Of a stretch of 64,000 nucleotides of DNA, positions 54,740 through 64,000 are shown piece by piece (within the stretch, counting starts at the first letter, position 1; every line of letters starts with the position of its first letter). The position numbers and the translations under genes are program-made. This DNA comes from Diplonema japonicum. Taxonomy: Eukaryota; Protista; Euglenozoa: Diplonemea. Location of the stretch: positions 310,001 to 374,000 of the forward strand of contig OZ025728.1 of NCBI GenBank assembly GCA_964019335.1, given 5' to 3'. The notes under the pieces were generated by a model. That model worked only from the letters and a program-made list of their open reading frames with translations, made no database searches and was not told the DNA's origin.

Positions 54740-55622
54740 AAAGCTCGGGGTGGTGTAAATTATGTAATTTATAAAAATGTCTAGATGGTTATAACTACCC
54801 AGGAACTAATTATCCAGAGTAGCATAAGCTGCCATCAAGTCCAGGGTGAATCTTTTTTTTTTGACGAGGAAAGGAAACAGCAAAACAAGGGAAGCAAAAG
54901 AAAGAAAAAAAGAAGAGACAGAAGAAAAGGGGAAAAAAAAAACCGGGACGAGGCTGAAAACCAGGTTTTTTTTTTTGTTCTTGTAGTTGTGATGGGAGAC
55001 TCTTTTCCTCTTTTTCTTCTCGGCCCCCCTCTTCTTTTTTCCCTTTAACCTCACTTGATGGTTTTTTGTTTTTCCTGCGGGCGGTAGAGAAAAGAAAGAA
55101 GAGGAAAAAGAAAGAACACCCACCACCTTTAGAAAACAACCTATTTCAATATCCTCTACACATTAGCATATTCCCTGAGTTTTTTTTTTCCTTCTTTTTT
55201 TTGTATCTGTGCCACTCTTCTTTTTTTTTTTTTCTCTTTCTTCTGTTCCCTGTATCTCGCTATATTCCCTTCAGGGAAAAAAAAAGAGGGGGAGAAAAAA
55301 AAAAGAAACCCTGGTTTTAATGTACCCCCCTTGGCTGACAGCACCCTCTTACAGAATAAAAAAAATAGGAGGGTACTTTTTTTTTTTGCAAGAAGGGGCA
55401 TTTTTTTTTTTTTTTTTTTTTCTCGTTACCCCTCCTGCCATGTGGTGTATACCTAAATTGTAGCGAAACTTTTCTCGCGCCCTGGTGCACAGGACAAGTT
55501 TCCGATGTAACTTGTAAGTCAACATGACTAGGCAGGTGGACGCTGTGGGTGCAGTTGTTCTTGTACCCTTTGCAACCGATGAAAAAGCCGCCGTCCTGTG
55601 TAGCGCCATTGTATTTCGTGTT

Positions 55623-55666
<44 letters not shown>

Positions 55667-57895
55667 TTTTTTCTTGATGATGTCCATCCCTTCACCACAA
55701 CCCTTATTCGGGCATTTCCAAATCTGGGTACGCGCGGTAGCAAGCGAGCACGCAGCGTGTGTACACTGGAAACACCTCATAACAGAAAGAGTCGCTTCTA
55801 CATCACCTATTACCTTTGGAGGATGGCTGTAGCAATAAGGGCAGATGTTATGGCTTTTGTTGGAGGAGCCCTTCACGTCTAGTACTTGGAAGGAACAAAG
55901 CGGGCAAATGTGTATATTGGCTGTAAACGAGCCCTTGGGAAGAAGCAGAGCAAGGGAACACTCTGAACATGATAATGTTTTTGAATCGTCTGATGTGGCA
56001 GTCAGTTTCATCATTTTCTTGCATTTCCCGCATTGGCTCAACGCTGGATCGACGACAGTACCAGTGTCCTCGTTACGCCCGTACCATCTGCCCACAGCGC
56101 TGAGGAGCAGACCTGTTTTCATTATGGCTTTTCTGTAGATCAAACGGTATTCGGAAATGTGTTTTTCAACAACCAACGCTTTCGTGGTCTTGCCCTTAAC
56201 GATGTCAACGAGGTCGGCTTCCATGGCGGCACGCATTTTGGGTAGTGCGAGGGATGCAAAGCCCATTTCGTCGTAAGCTTGGACCAAAGCAAGCCCGAGC
56301 TTTGTTGGTGTGTACGACATCCCCTCCACAGTTACGTACTCTCGGTCCTTCACGGTTTTGATGTGCTGTGCGATCGTAGCGTCAGTCCCGATCCCGTTAC
56401 GGTCCATGGTCGCGATGAGGTCCGTCTCGGTGAGAAGAGTAGGAGGTGTCGTGAGTGATTCGTCCAGCCACAATTTTGACGGTGTGAACTCGTCTCCTTC
56501 CTGATAGTTAGGAATGGTGCTGTCGTACCACTTCTCGTATATGTATATGTCTAGGTAGTTCCTTGCTGTGATTGTCTGCCCTTGTGTTGTGAACTCTTCC
56601 CCGCTGCAGGTTGCTGTTACAACTACCTCGTCGGCCGTTGCGTCTTTGCTGCAGCTTGCTAGGAAGTGCCTTGACACTAGTTCGTACAATGCTTTTTTGT
56701 CGCCTGTTAAATGCGTGCCTTTCTTTGTAGGGTGGATGGGGGGATGTGCTTGATCGTCGTTTCTTCCCACACGTGGTCGGTTGTACTTTCCCTCTTCCAT
56801 CAAACCCTTCGCGTAGGCAGCGTGATCGCCGTCGTAGTGTATTTTGACAAGCACGCCCAGTTCTTCGTCGGTGATGTTGAAGCGATCGGTTTCTGTACGC
56901 GGGTAGGAGAATAGAGTTTCTTGGTACAGCTCCTCGGCGAGCCTCATGGTCTTCTCCGAGTTGAACCGAAGGTGCCGCGCGGCTAGCTTTTGCATCTCGA
57001 CAGTTGCCAGCGGGACGGGCCGCCATTTCGATTTTGGTTTTCGAACAACCTTTGTTATGGTGGTCGTCGGGTGTGTTGTGCACTGCTCGTAGAGGACCAC
57101 AGCGATGGTTTGATCGAAGAGCCTGTCTCGTGCCCATTTGAAGTTGATGGGGTTTGCGTCTTGCTGGTGGGACAATTTGATGGCCCAGAAATTTTCAGAC
57201 TGGAACCCTTCCCGTTCCCAGTACCTGCTGACGATGAACCCCAACGTTGGGAACTGGCACGGGCCGTAGGATATGACCTTGGGCATTTGCGCAAACCGTT
57301 CTCTTAGAAGAAGTGTTTGAAACCGTGTGAACACAGCACCGATTCTCAAATCGATCTCCTGCCTCGCGTCGACTGCCAGCGAGCTATTTTCATCCGGAAT
57401 GCCTAGTGTTTGAACCGCCCTGTTGAGGTCTCTTGCGGTGAGGGAGGAGAACTTCGCGCGGAGGACCTCGAGACGTGGGTTCGCGGCTTTGCAGACTTGT
57501 ATCACCTCGAAACTGATGTTTTCCCCTTCGCGGTCGCAATCCAACCAGCACACAATGTGTGTCGCAAGCCTTGCCTCGCGTTTCAGGTTGTCCTCTACCC
57601 TCTTCTTGTCATCAGCGACGGACTTCTTCACAGGATATTCAAAAAGCTTGTCTGTCGTGAAAGACCGCCAGTCTTTCGTTTCTGGTGGAAATTCGATGCC
57701 CATCAGGTGTCCCGTCACGCTTGTGACAATCATCTTCACCTCTTGCCTCTGAACATTCATGTTGAACTCGTACACTTGGTTGTACTGTGACAGGCCTGGC
57801 CTGCTCACGGAGTTGTTCCCCCCTAACGTCTTTGCCATCTCCCTTGCAACGGACGGCTTCTCGGCCACGTTTAGAAACACGGCTTTTGGTGGCAT
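54124..57895 (-). CDS. TOP3A: DNA topoisomerase III alpha, 3 exons (57895-55667, 55595-55453, 54703-54124), 983 aa
   Basis: VAEKPS TOPRIM, DCDREGE, SYGPCQFPTLGF, active site SYPRTET, GIGTDAT, Zn ribbons; the spliced product reads KKK|DGGFFIGC and FR|HGVHPP, then two GRF zinc fingers. Confidence 0.92.
54704..55452 (-). other. 749-nt GT-AG intron of TOP3A, poly(A) immediately before the acceptor
   Basis: TTTAG|gtatac ... (A-run)cag|ACAC; phase 2; joins in frame to the GRF exon. Confidence 0.75.
55596..55666 (-). other. 71-nt GT-AG intron of TOP3A
   Basis: AAA|gta(T-run)gaacacgaaatacaatggcgctacacag|GAC; phase 0; T-run at the donor end, A/C-rich at the acceptor end. Confidence 0.8.
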
Positions 57896-57957
57896 TTTTT
57901 TTTTTCTCTATAATACCTTCATGTTTTATTTTTGTTTTTTTGTTTTTTTTTTTTTTT

Positions 57958-57989
<32 letters not shown>

Positions 57990-58247
57990 TTTGTTTTTCC
58001 CTCTTCTTGAAACCCGTTTAAGCACAAACACAAATTGCAATTTTTGAAGTTTTCGAAACCAATGAACTCGTTTCAATGATTGAACAAACACAAGTTTGCC
58101 TTTTTTTTTTTTTTTTGAAAAATAAAAATAAGATTTAAAATAAAAAAAAAAAAAAAAGATACATAAACTTCCTTTCTAACAAAATCTAATAATTTTTTTT
58201 TTAACAAAAAGAATCTACAATAAACTCCTCCTCCCTCCCCCTGTTCT

Positions 58248-60430
58248 CTAACAAAACCTGCACAAATCGTGTGTGGTGGTCGTGGTGCTAACTAAAGACG
58301 CGATTTGCTGCAACATCTTTTGAGGGTTCTGCGGTAAAGGGCAGACAGCAGTGCCGTGGTCGATCTCAAGGAGGTCTAGACCGGGGTCCGTTGCGAGGTG
58401 CGTTGGGTAACAAAGATGTTGCCCATTCACAGTTATGAACAACCGTTGCTTTGCGTCAACCGAGAAGACAATCTCATCACCGTCACTGTCCGTGAAGGCC
58501 ACGGACCGTCTCTTCGCAGTGCTGTCCTGCCTGTAGTACATCTTCCTGTTTTCCACCCCCTTCGCCCCGTTCAGGTCTCTCAGCGGCTTTCTTTCAGGCG
58601 ACGCCTCCCTCTTCCCGAACACCCTTTTGTACTGCATGTCCTTCCACCTCCCCACCAGACCCTTCACTCGGTCAGTTCTCATATTGTCAAACACGGGTTT
58701 AGACGTATTGCTCGGGGATACCGGTGGCACCCTCAGCCCCCTTCTGCTGCTTGTCCTCACGAGGTCTAGTTTGTACGAGATTTGCAAATTTTTCTCGATG
58801 TCCGCCTCTGTCTTGAGCGTTGCTTTGCGTTGCGTCTCGTACTCCTCAAGGACGGCCTGCGGTGGGGCAGGCGAGGGGAGCGGTGAAGGGGTCCGCTGCC
58901 TTTGCAACGGTGCCAAGACCGGTGACTCGGGTGCCACTTCTTGTAGCGGTCGCAAGACAGGTGGGTTGTAAGTTTTCCGGGGGGACCGAGACGGGGAGAC
59001 TGCCCTAGGGGGCGATCTCGAGACGGACACTTCGTGCAACACTGGCTGCTGCGACACTTCACGGATCATCGACGTCAGTGCCATGGCCACGATGTTCCTA
59101 GGCGGAGAGACCAGGCTGCGCTGCTTCCTTTGTTCCGTGTGCCACACACCATCGGTTCCTACACCACCAGCATCCACCGGTGGTGGGCGCTGTGGCTGCG
59201 GCACCGCAGGTGTCATAGCCCGCCTCGTCACAGAGGGTGCCGCGGGTGACATCATCTGGTTGCCTGCTGGTGGCATCGACATGGCCTTCCTCTTCGGCAC
59301 CCAACCTACACCGCATGCCGACTGTGGTTTCAGTGTTGCTTAAAGCCCGTTCCCATACCTTAGGCGTCCAGGCATCAGACCCGCTTAGCCGCAGCCAGCC
59401 GTCTTGCTCTTCACATGCTTCGATCTGTTTGTCAGGTTCTCCCCCTTTTTACGAGGCATACCTCTGCTCCATCAGGCATGGCAGCCACCACCCCAGCTTC
59501 AACACGCGGTCCAGCATAGAGGTTCCATTGCTGGTACTTCGGACCGATTCGCAACACGTAGGTCTCGGTGGGGAGTGGTGCTGCGGGCGTGATGGCGGGC
59601 TTCCCAAAACTCGATGAGTATGAAAACCTGTGGAACATGTCCTTAGCGAGGGCAGTGTCGAACTCGAAGCCTTGCTGTCGAGGGGGCGGCTCCTTCGTGG
59701 TGGTGGGGGGTGACACCTTGTGGTCCTCTTGTTCCCGTTCGTCCTCTTGTTCCCGTTCGTCCTCTGTGGGAACTAATTCTTCCGACACAAACGAGCGGGC
59801 TCGCGACGCAACGCTGGGCTCAGGCGTGGGTTCGGGGGGATCACACTGCACAGCGACCTCATGCGGTGTGGCGGGGGGCACCTCTTCACAATGCTGCACC
59901 CCAGCATCGACAAGTGTAACTGCAACACTGGACTGCACAGACGGGGCAGTCTCTGTACCGGGGAGAGACGCCACAGGGTGCACAGCCTCTTCTTCCATAA
60001 GCACTGCGTGCGTCCCGAACTCAGGGTAGTGGAAAGGGAACTTAAAGTCGATCTGAGGCGATGCCGAAGGAGATGGAGGGTGGTACCCCCCATCAACAAA
60101 GCACGGTGTGCTGGGTGGCTCGGGCTCAGGACTTGGTCCTGTCTCGGGAATGCGTTCTGCACTCTTCATCCGGCTACTCCCACCACTGCCACTTCCCAGC
60201 CTCCCCAACGAAACAGGTACTTGGCTCGGAACCGACGGCACAGAAGGCATCATAAACCTTGAGATGGGTATCACCGGGGCCGGGCTTTCTCTCCCGCTAC
60301 TTGTGCTACTCCGGCCTGTGCTGTTGCTGCCGTACCTCCCGCCCATCACCCGTGCTGCCCGGTCAATGAATGCTTCCCTGCCACTAGGCACCCCGCTCGT
60401 TCTTTCCGGGACCTCCCATTTCCCCGGCAT
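58248..60430 (-). CDS. Pro/Ser-rich protein with central SH3b-like domain, 3 exons (60430-59462, 59424-59359, 59321-58248), 702 aa
   Basis: Two 37-nt introns join ORFs 59432..60478 and 58248..59300 and rebuild WNLYAGP...VVAAMPDGAEIEACEEQDGWLRL...AW. Confidence 0.7.
59322..59358 (-). other. 37-nt GT-AG intron
   Basis: AAG|gtatgggaacgggctttaagcaacactgaaaccacag|TCG; phase 0. Confidence 0.75.
59425..59461 (-). other. 37-nt GT-AG intron
   Basis: GAG|gtatgcctcgtaaaaagggggagaacctgacaaacag|ATC; phase 0. Confidence 0.75.
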
Positions 60431-60878
60431 TAGGAGCGCCCTTTTTTTTGGTTTTTTTTTTTTTTTTCTCAATGGCAATGAAAAGGAAATAAAGAAACAA
60501 TATAAAAGGAAAAAGAAAAGTGGTGAAAAGATGGGTGGTTGAAAACATCTTCAAAAGAAAATAAGGGGCGGGGGGAAAAGAAAAAGAGAGAAATAAAATG
60601 AAGCGGGGTATGGGGGGGGGGGGGGGGGAATGAGAAAAAGAAAAGGGGAAAAAAAAAACAGAGAGAGGGGGATTATCTCTTCTGCTTCCCCCTCCTTCTC
60701 CTTTTGGGACAGTCGGTTGGCCGGTTGAGGGGGGGAACACTCAAGAAAAAAAAAAAAAAAAAAAAAAAAAGAATTCTGATACTCCAACCCAATAAAAAAT
60801 CAAGTGTCATTAGACACAAAAACAAAGCAAATAAGCAAAAATGAGGAAATAAAGAAAATGGTAAAGAGGGAAAAAAAC

Positions 60879-61626
60879 CTATTGGCCCTGCATGCCCATC
60901 ATCATCATCATTTGTTCCTCGGTCATGCCAGGGGGCATACCGGGGGGACCCTCGCCACCGGCACCTGCCATCATCATTTGCTGCATCATGTCCTCCTCGC
61001 TCATGCCACCGCCGCCACCACCACCACCACCCATCATCTGCTGGAGGAGCTGCTGCTGCATGGCGTTCCGCTGCTGGCTGCGCTGGGCCATCTTCTGCTT
61101 GGCCTGTTCCTTCTGCTCCCTGGCATGAAGCTCCTGTGCGACCCTGAACCCTGTTCCCCACTGTGCTGCGTACTCCCCAGAGCCGGTGTAGGACCTCATG
61201 ATGTGCACGAACTTCCCGATCTCATTGTCCATCATGGAGAAGGGCCCCAGGATCTCTGCCCCAACCTTGTTCCTTGCATGCGGGCTCTCACACCTCGCCA
61301 CCACACCGAACAGGGCAAGCAGACCCCTCTGGTTGCTGTCCAGCAGAGCCTCCAGCATCAGCTCATGGCTGTCCGCGGCCTGCAGCATGTGCGACAGAGC
61401 ATCCAGCCCAGCGAGCACTGCGCTCGAGTCCCTCGGTGCCGCCTGCTGTGTCCTAGGCGGGTACCCAATGGACCCACCGTCGATGAGCTCGATGAACTGG
61501 TCCCTCACGCGGGGCAGGTTCGTCAGATCGCCCACACCCTCCTCCGTGCTCAGCACACGCGCACGGCATGCAGGCACGTGGCGCACAAGGTTGCGAACGC
61601 ACATCGTGGCACGGGTGTATTCCTGT

Positions 61627-61676
<50 letters not shown>

Positions 61677-62223
61677 CCCGTCGCATACCGCAGCCTTGGA
61701 GTCGGACTTGGCGGCCATGGAGAGCAGCTGGTCGATGGACTTGATGCCTTCGTTCTCTTGCGCAGCGATGAGGTAGGCACCCTGCTTGAGGCAGGTGACG
61801 GAGGAGATGATGCCGAGGACCTTGGGGCGCTTGTTGAGGAAGCCATGCGCGGGGTTGAGGAGCATGGTGATGGACCCGAAGGTCTTGATGCTGGCGAGCT
61901 GCCTGGCGGCACCCGCGGAGGCGGGGACGTCGAAGGGGAGCACCACGTCCTCGTCAAAGCTGGCCACCTCGTCCAGCACGTTGAGGAGCTTCTCGACGAG
62001 CTCCCTAGCAGCGTTGGCAAGCGGGCCGCCCTTAAGGGACGCCGTGTAGGCCCTCGTCAGTGCCACGAAGAGCACCTTCACACCACCTGTCTTCACCAGC
62101 ATGTGCTCGGTGTCGCTCCTGCACAGCGAGATGATAAGCTCAACAGCCGCACTCACAACAGGCAGGGAGTACTTGAACTCTGTCTTCCCTGCGCACAGGG
62201 CGGTGAACAGCTGTGGTGTGGTT

Positions 62224-62258
<35 letters not shown>

Positions 62259-62661
62259 CTTTCTCTTTTTCTTCTTTTTCTCTCTTCATTCATACATGAA
62301 TGTTTCTCAGCAGCTCTTGCTTGTTGGCGGCTGCTGCCTGCAGGCTCCTCATCTTCTGCAGGCTCCTCACAAGTGCTTGGTCGTCCACCTCACTGCTGTT
62401 CACCAGTTTGTTGAATTCTTTAAGCTCCTGCAGATAAGGATTGTTTTTTTTTTCTTTTTCTTTTTCTTTTCCCCCCTTCTTTTTCGAATTCCACACATTT
62501 TGCGCTGCCTTCGTTTCGGGCCTGGACATCTTCTCCCACAGGTACGATCCCACATAGCAAGCTCCCAGCGCAGTCATTCCTAGTTTGGTTTTTTTTTTTT
62601 TTTTTTTTTTCTTTTTTCCCTTCATACCGCCGGTCACAACATTGCTTCTAACTGATGTCAT
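60879..62661 (-). CDS. N-terminally membrane-anchored helical (ARM-like) repeat protein with Met/Gly/Gln-rich tail, 5 exons (62661-62628, 62579-62497, 62427-62296, 62210-61689, 61622-60879), 504 aa
   Basis: Introns 62580-62627, 62428-62496, 62211-62295 and 61623-61688 are all GT..AG and purine-rich; removal gives one ORF. ARM-like segments: LVKTGGVKVLF, IAAQENEGIKSIDQLL. Confidence 0.7.
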
Positions 62662-62780
62662 CTTTTTTTTTTCTTCTCCTGTTCGGGGTTTTTTTTTCTT
62701 CCCCTCCCCGCCTTTACTCGCAACATACAAATAAAAAATAAAAAGAAATAACAACCATAACGTAGTAACAAAAAAAAAAA

Positions 62781-62822
62781 GGTGTCTTTGAAGGGAACCT
62801 GCAGTATGTGACAGGATCGCCT
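62781..62822 (-). repeat. 42-bp mini-element homologous to the LINE 3' hairpin, followed by oligo(T)
   Basis: 41/42 identical to 63952-63993; 28/32 identical to 43832-43862. Confidence 0.8.
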
Positions 62823-62896
62823 TTAAAAAAAACGTGTAATGTAATAGAACAAACGGTTCGGTGTCCCCCCCCCCCCCCCCCCCCCCCTTCTTCCCT

Positions 62897-63211
62897 TCAG
62901 CGTGGTGCTGCTGGTGATGACGCAGCGGCAAGTGGTTGCTGTGGCAAAGGGGGCAGGGTCTGTGCCTGCAACCGTATCTGCTGCTCTCTTGCTGCCGCAC
63001 GCTGCTGGACTAGCATTGCATGGTCCTTGAGCATCTTCCCGTCCCATCTGAATTTACCATCAAACAATTTAAGCATCGGCTGATACTTTCCACTCCCCTT
63101 CATGTGGAGAACACCGCCACGCATTTCGTAAACCCCCGCATGCCCAACATGAACTTCCCCTAAACCTACCGAGGGGATGTGGTGCTTGCCTACGTGGACC
63201 CGGCTGCTCAT
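62897..63211 (-). CDS. Hypothetical 104-aa protein
   Basis: ATG at 63211 in a complex-sequence island between homopolymer spacers, same strand as its neighbours; no family recognised. Confidence 0.5.
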   Translation of the reverse strand: MSSRVHVGKHHIPSVGLGEVHVGHAGVYEMRGGVLHMKGSGKYQPMLKLFDGKFRWDGKMLKDHAMLVQQRAAAREQQIRLQAQTLPPLPQQPLAAASSPAAPR

Positions 63212-63951
63212 TTGCCTGAGAATATGATTATTCAGAATCAAGGAAAGAAAGAGAATAAACAAAAAAAGCCCTTTTTTTTTATATTTAGACAACTGGAAAA
63301 GGGGGTAAGAAAGGAGGGGGAGGGGGGACGGGGGGGTATATTGTGAACAAATAAATAAACCTTGCCCAAACACAGGAATTTTTCCCCCCAAAAAAAAATC
63401 CGAATTTCAAATCTTCTTAAGGCCCCCCATGAAGAATTTTTTAGATAAAACGGAAATTTTTTTCTGCCCCCTTACTCATAGGGGGGGGGGGGGGCTTTTT
63501 CATTTCATCCACGGCTCGGTTCTTATTCTTCACAATAAAAATTAGCATTATTTTTACCCAATAGAAAAGCTGTCTAATTTCGGGGGGGGGGGGGGGGGGG
63601 GGCATTTTTCTGAGCCCTCGGCCTCAAAAATCCCCCTCGGAGCTCTCTCTCTCTCTCTCTCTCTCCCCCCCCCAGGAAACAAACGCTTTTTATTAGGTAT
63701 TTATATACCATTATTATTTTGTTGTTTTGTTCAATTTGAAGAAAAAAAATCTTAATGAAAAGAGTCTTTAAGTGATGGGGGGGGGGGGGGGGTTTCTTCT
63801 CCCCCCCCCCTCCCCATTCTTTCTAGTAAGGGGTGTTGTTATTGGCAGAGAAATGCTTACAAAAAAAAAAACGATAATAAAGTCTAGAAGAAAAAAGAAG
63901 GGGGGAAAGAAAAGTACATTCTATCGTATAATAAATCTAAACACAAAAAAA

Positions 63952-63993
63952 GATGTCTTTGAAGGGAACCTGCAGTATGTGACAGGATCGCCT
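63952..63993 (-). repeat. 42-bp mini-element, second copy
   Basis: Same boundaries as 62781-62822, unrelated flanks, oligo(T) on the element's 3' side. Confidence 0.8.
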
Positions 63994-64000
63994 AGTAAAT

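Noticed and set aside
54785-55832. Many small Lys- or Phe-rich ORFs
   Set aside because: Products of intronic and intergenic homopolymer runs, apart from the real TOP3A exon 55595-55453.
60804-62414. 536-aa plus-strand ORF
   Set aside because: Antisense to a GC3-rich gene and reads through poly(T) runs as poly-Phe.

Overview
Eukaryotic nuclear DNA, most likely from a euglenozoan. A diplonemid-like protist is my inference: every host gene over 64 kb lies on the minus strand, a BILBO1-type N-terminal domain is present, and there are short GT-AG introns with GTATG-like donors. Host genes: GT23 alpha-1,6-fucosyltransferase-like, divergent aquaporin-like, XRCC1, a 4636-aa intronless outer-arm dynein heavy chain (DNAH5/8 type), an F-box protein, CFAP74-like, spliced TOP3A, an SH3b-like/Pro-rich protein and a membrane-anchored helical-repeat protein. 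There are two accessory zones. (i) ~2.8-20.9 kb is a mobile-element island: a VIPER/TATE/Ngaro-like retroelement with split direct repeats, two piggyBacs sharing one TTAA, an Ac/Ds-like MITE, a long-TIR relic, and three copies of a 34-aa ankyrin-repeat gene (one intact, one truncated, one fused to a BILBO1 domain). (ii) ~42.3-54.0 kb is a tandem array of seven secreted Cys-rich genes with a constant core and shuffled variable blocks, plus a collapsed eighth copy and a 5'-truncated LINE. The most notable observations: all nine reconstructed cis-introns lack a 3' polypyrimidine tract and are A/purine-rich at the acceptor; the LINE ends in a hairpin plus poly(T) rather than poly(A), and this hairpin recurs as two free 42-bp mini-elements; and the secreted family is mosaic.
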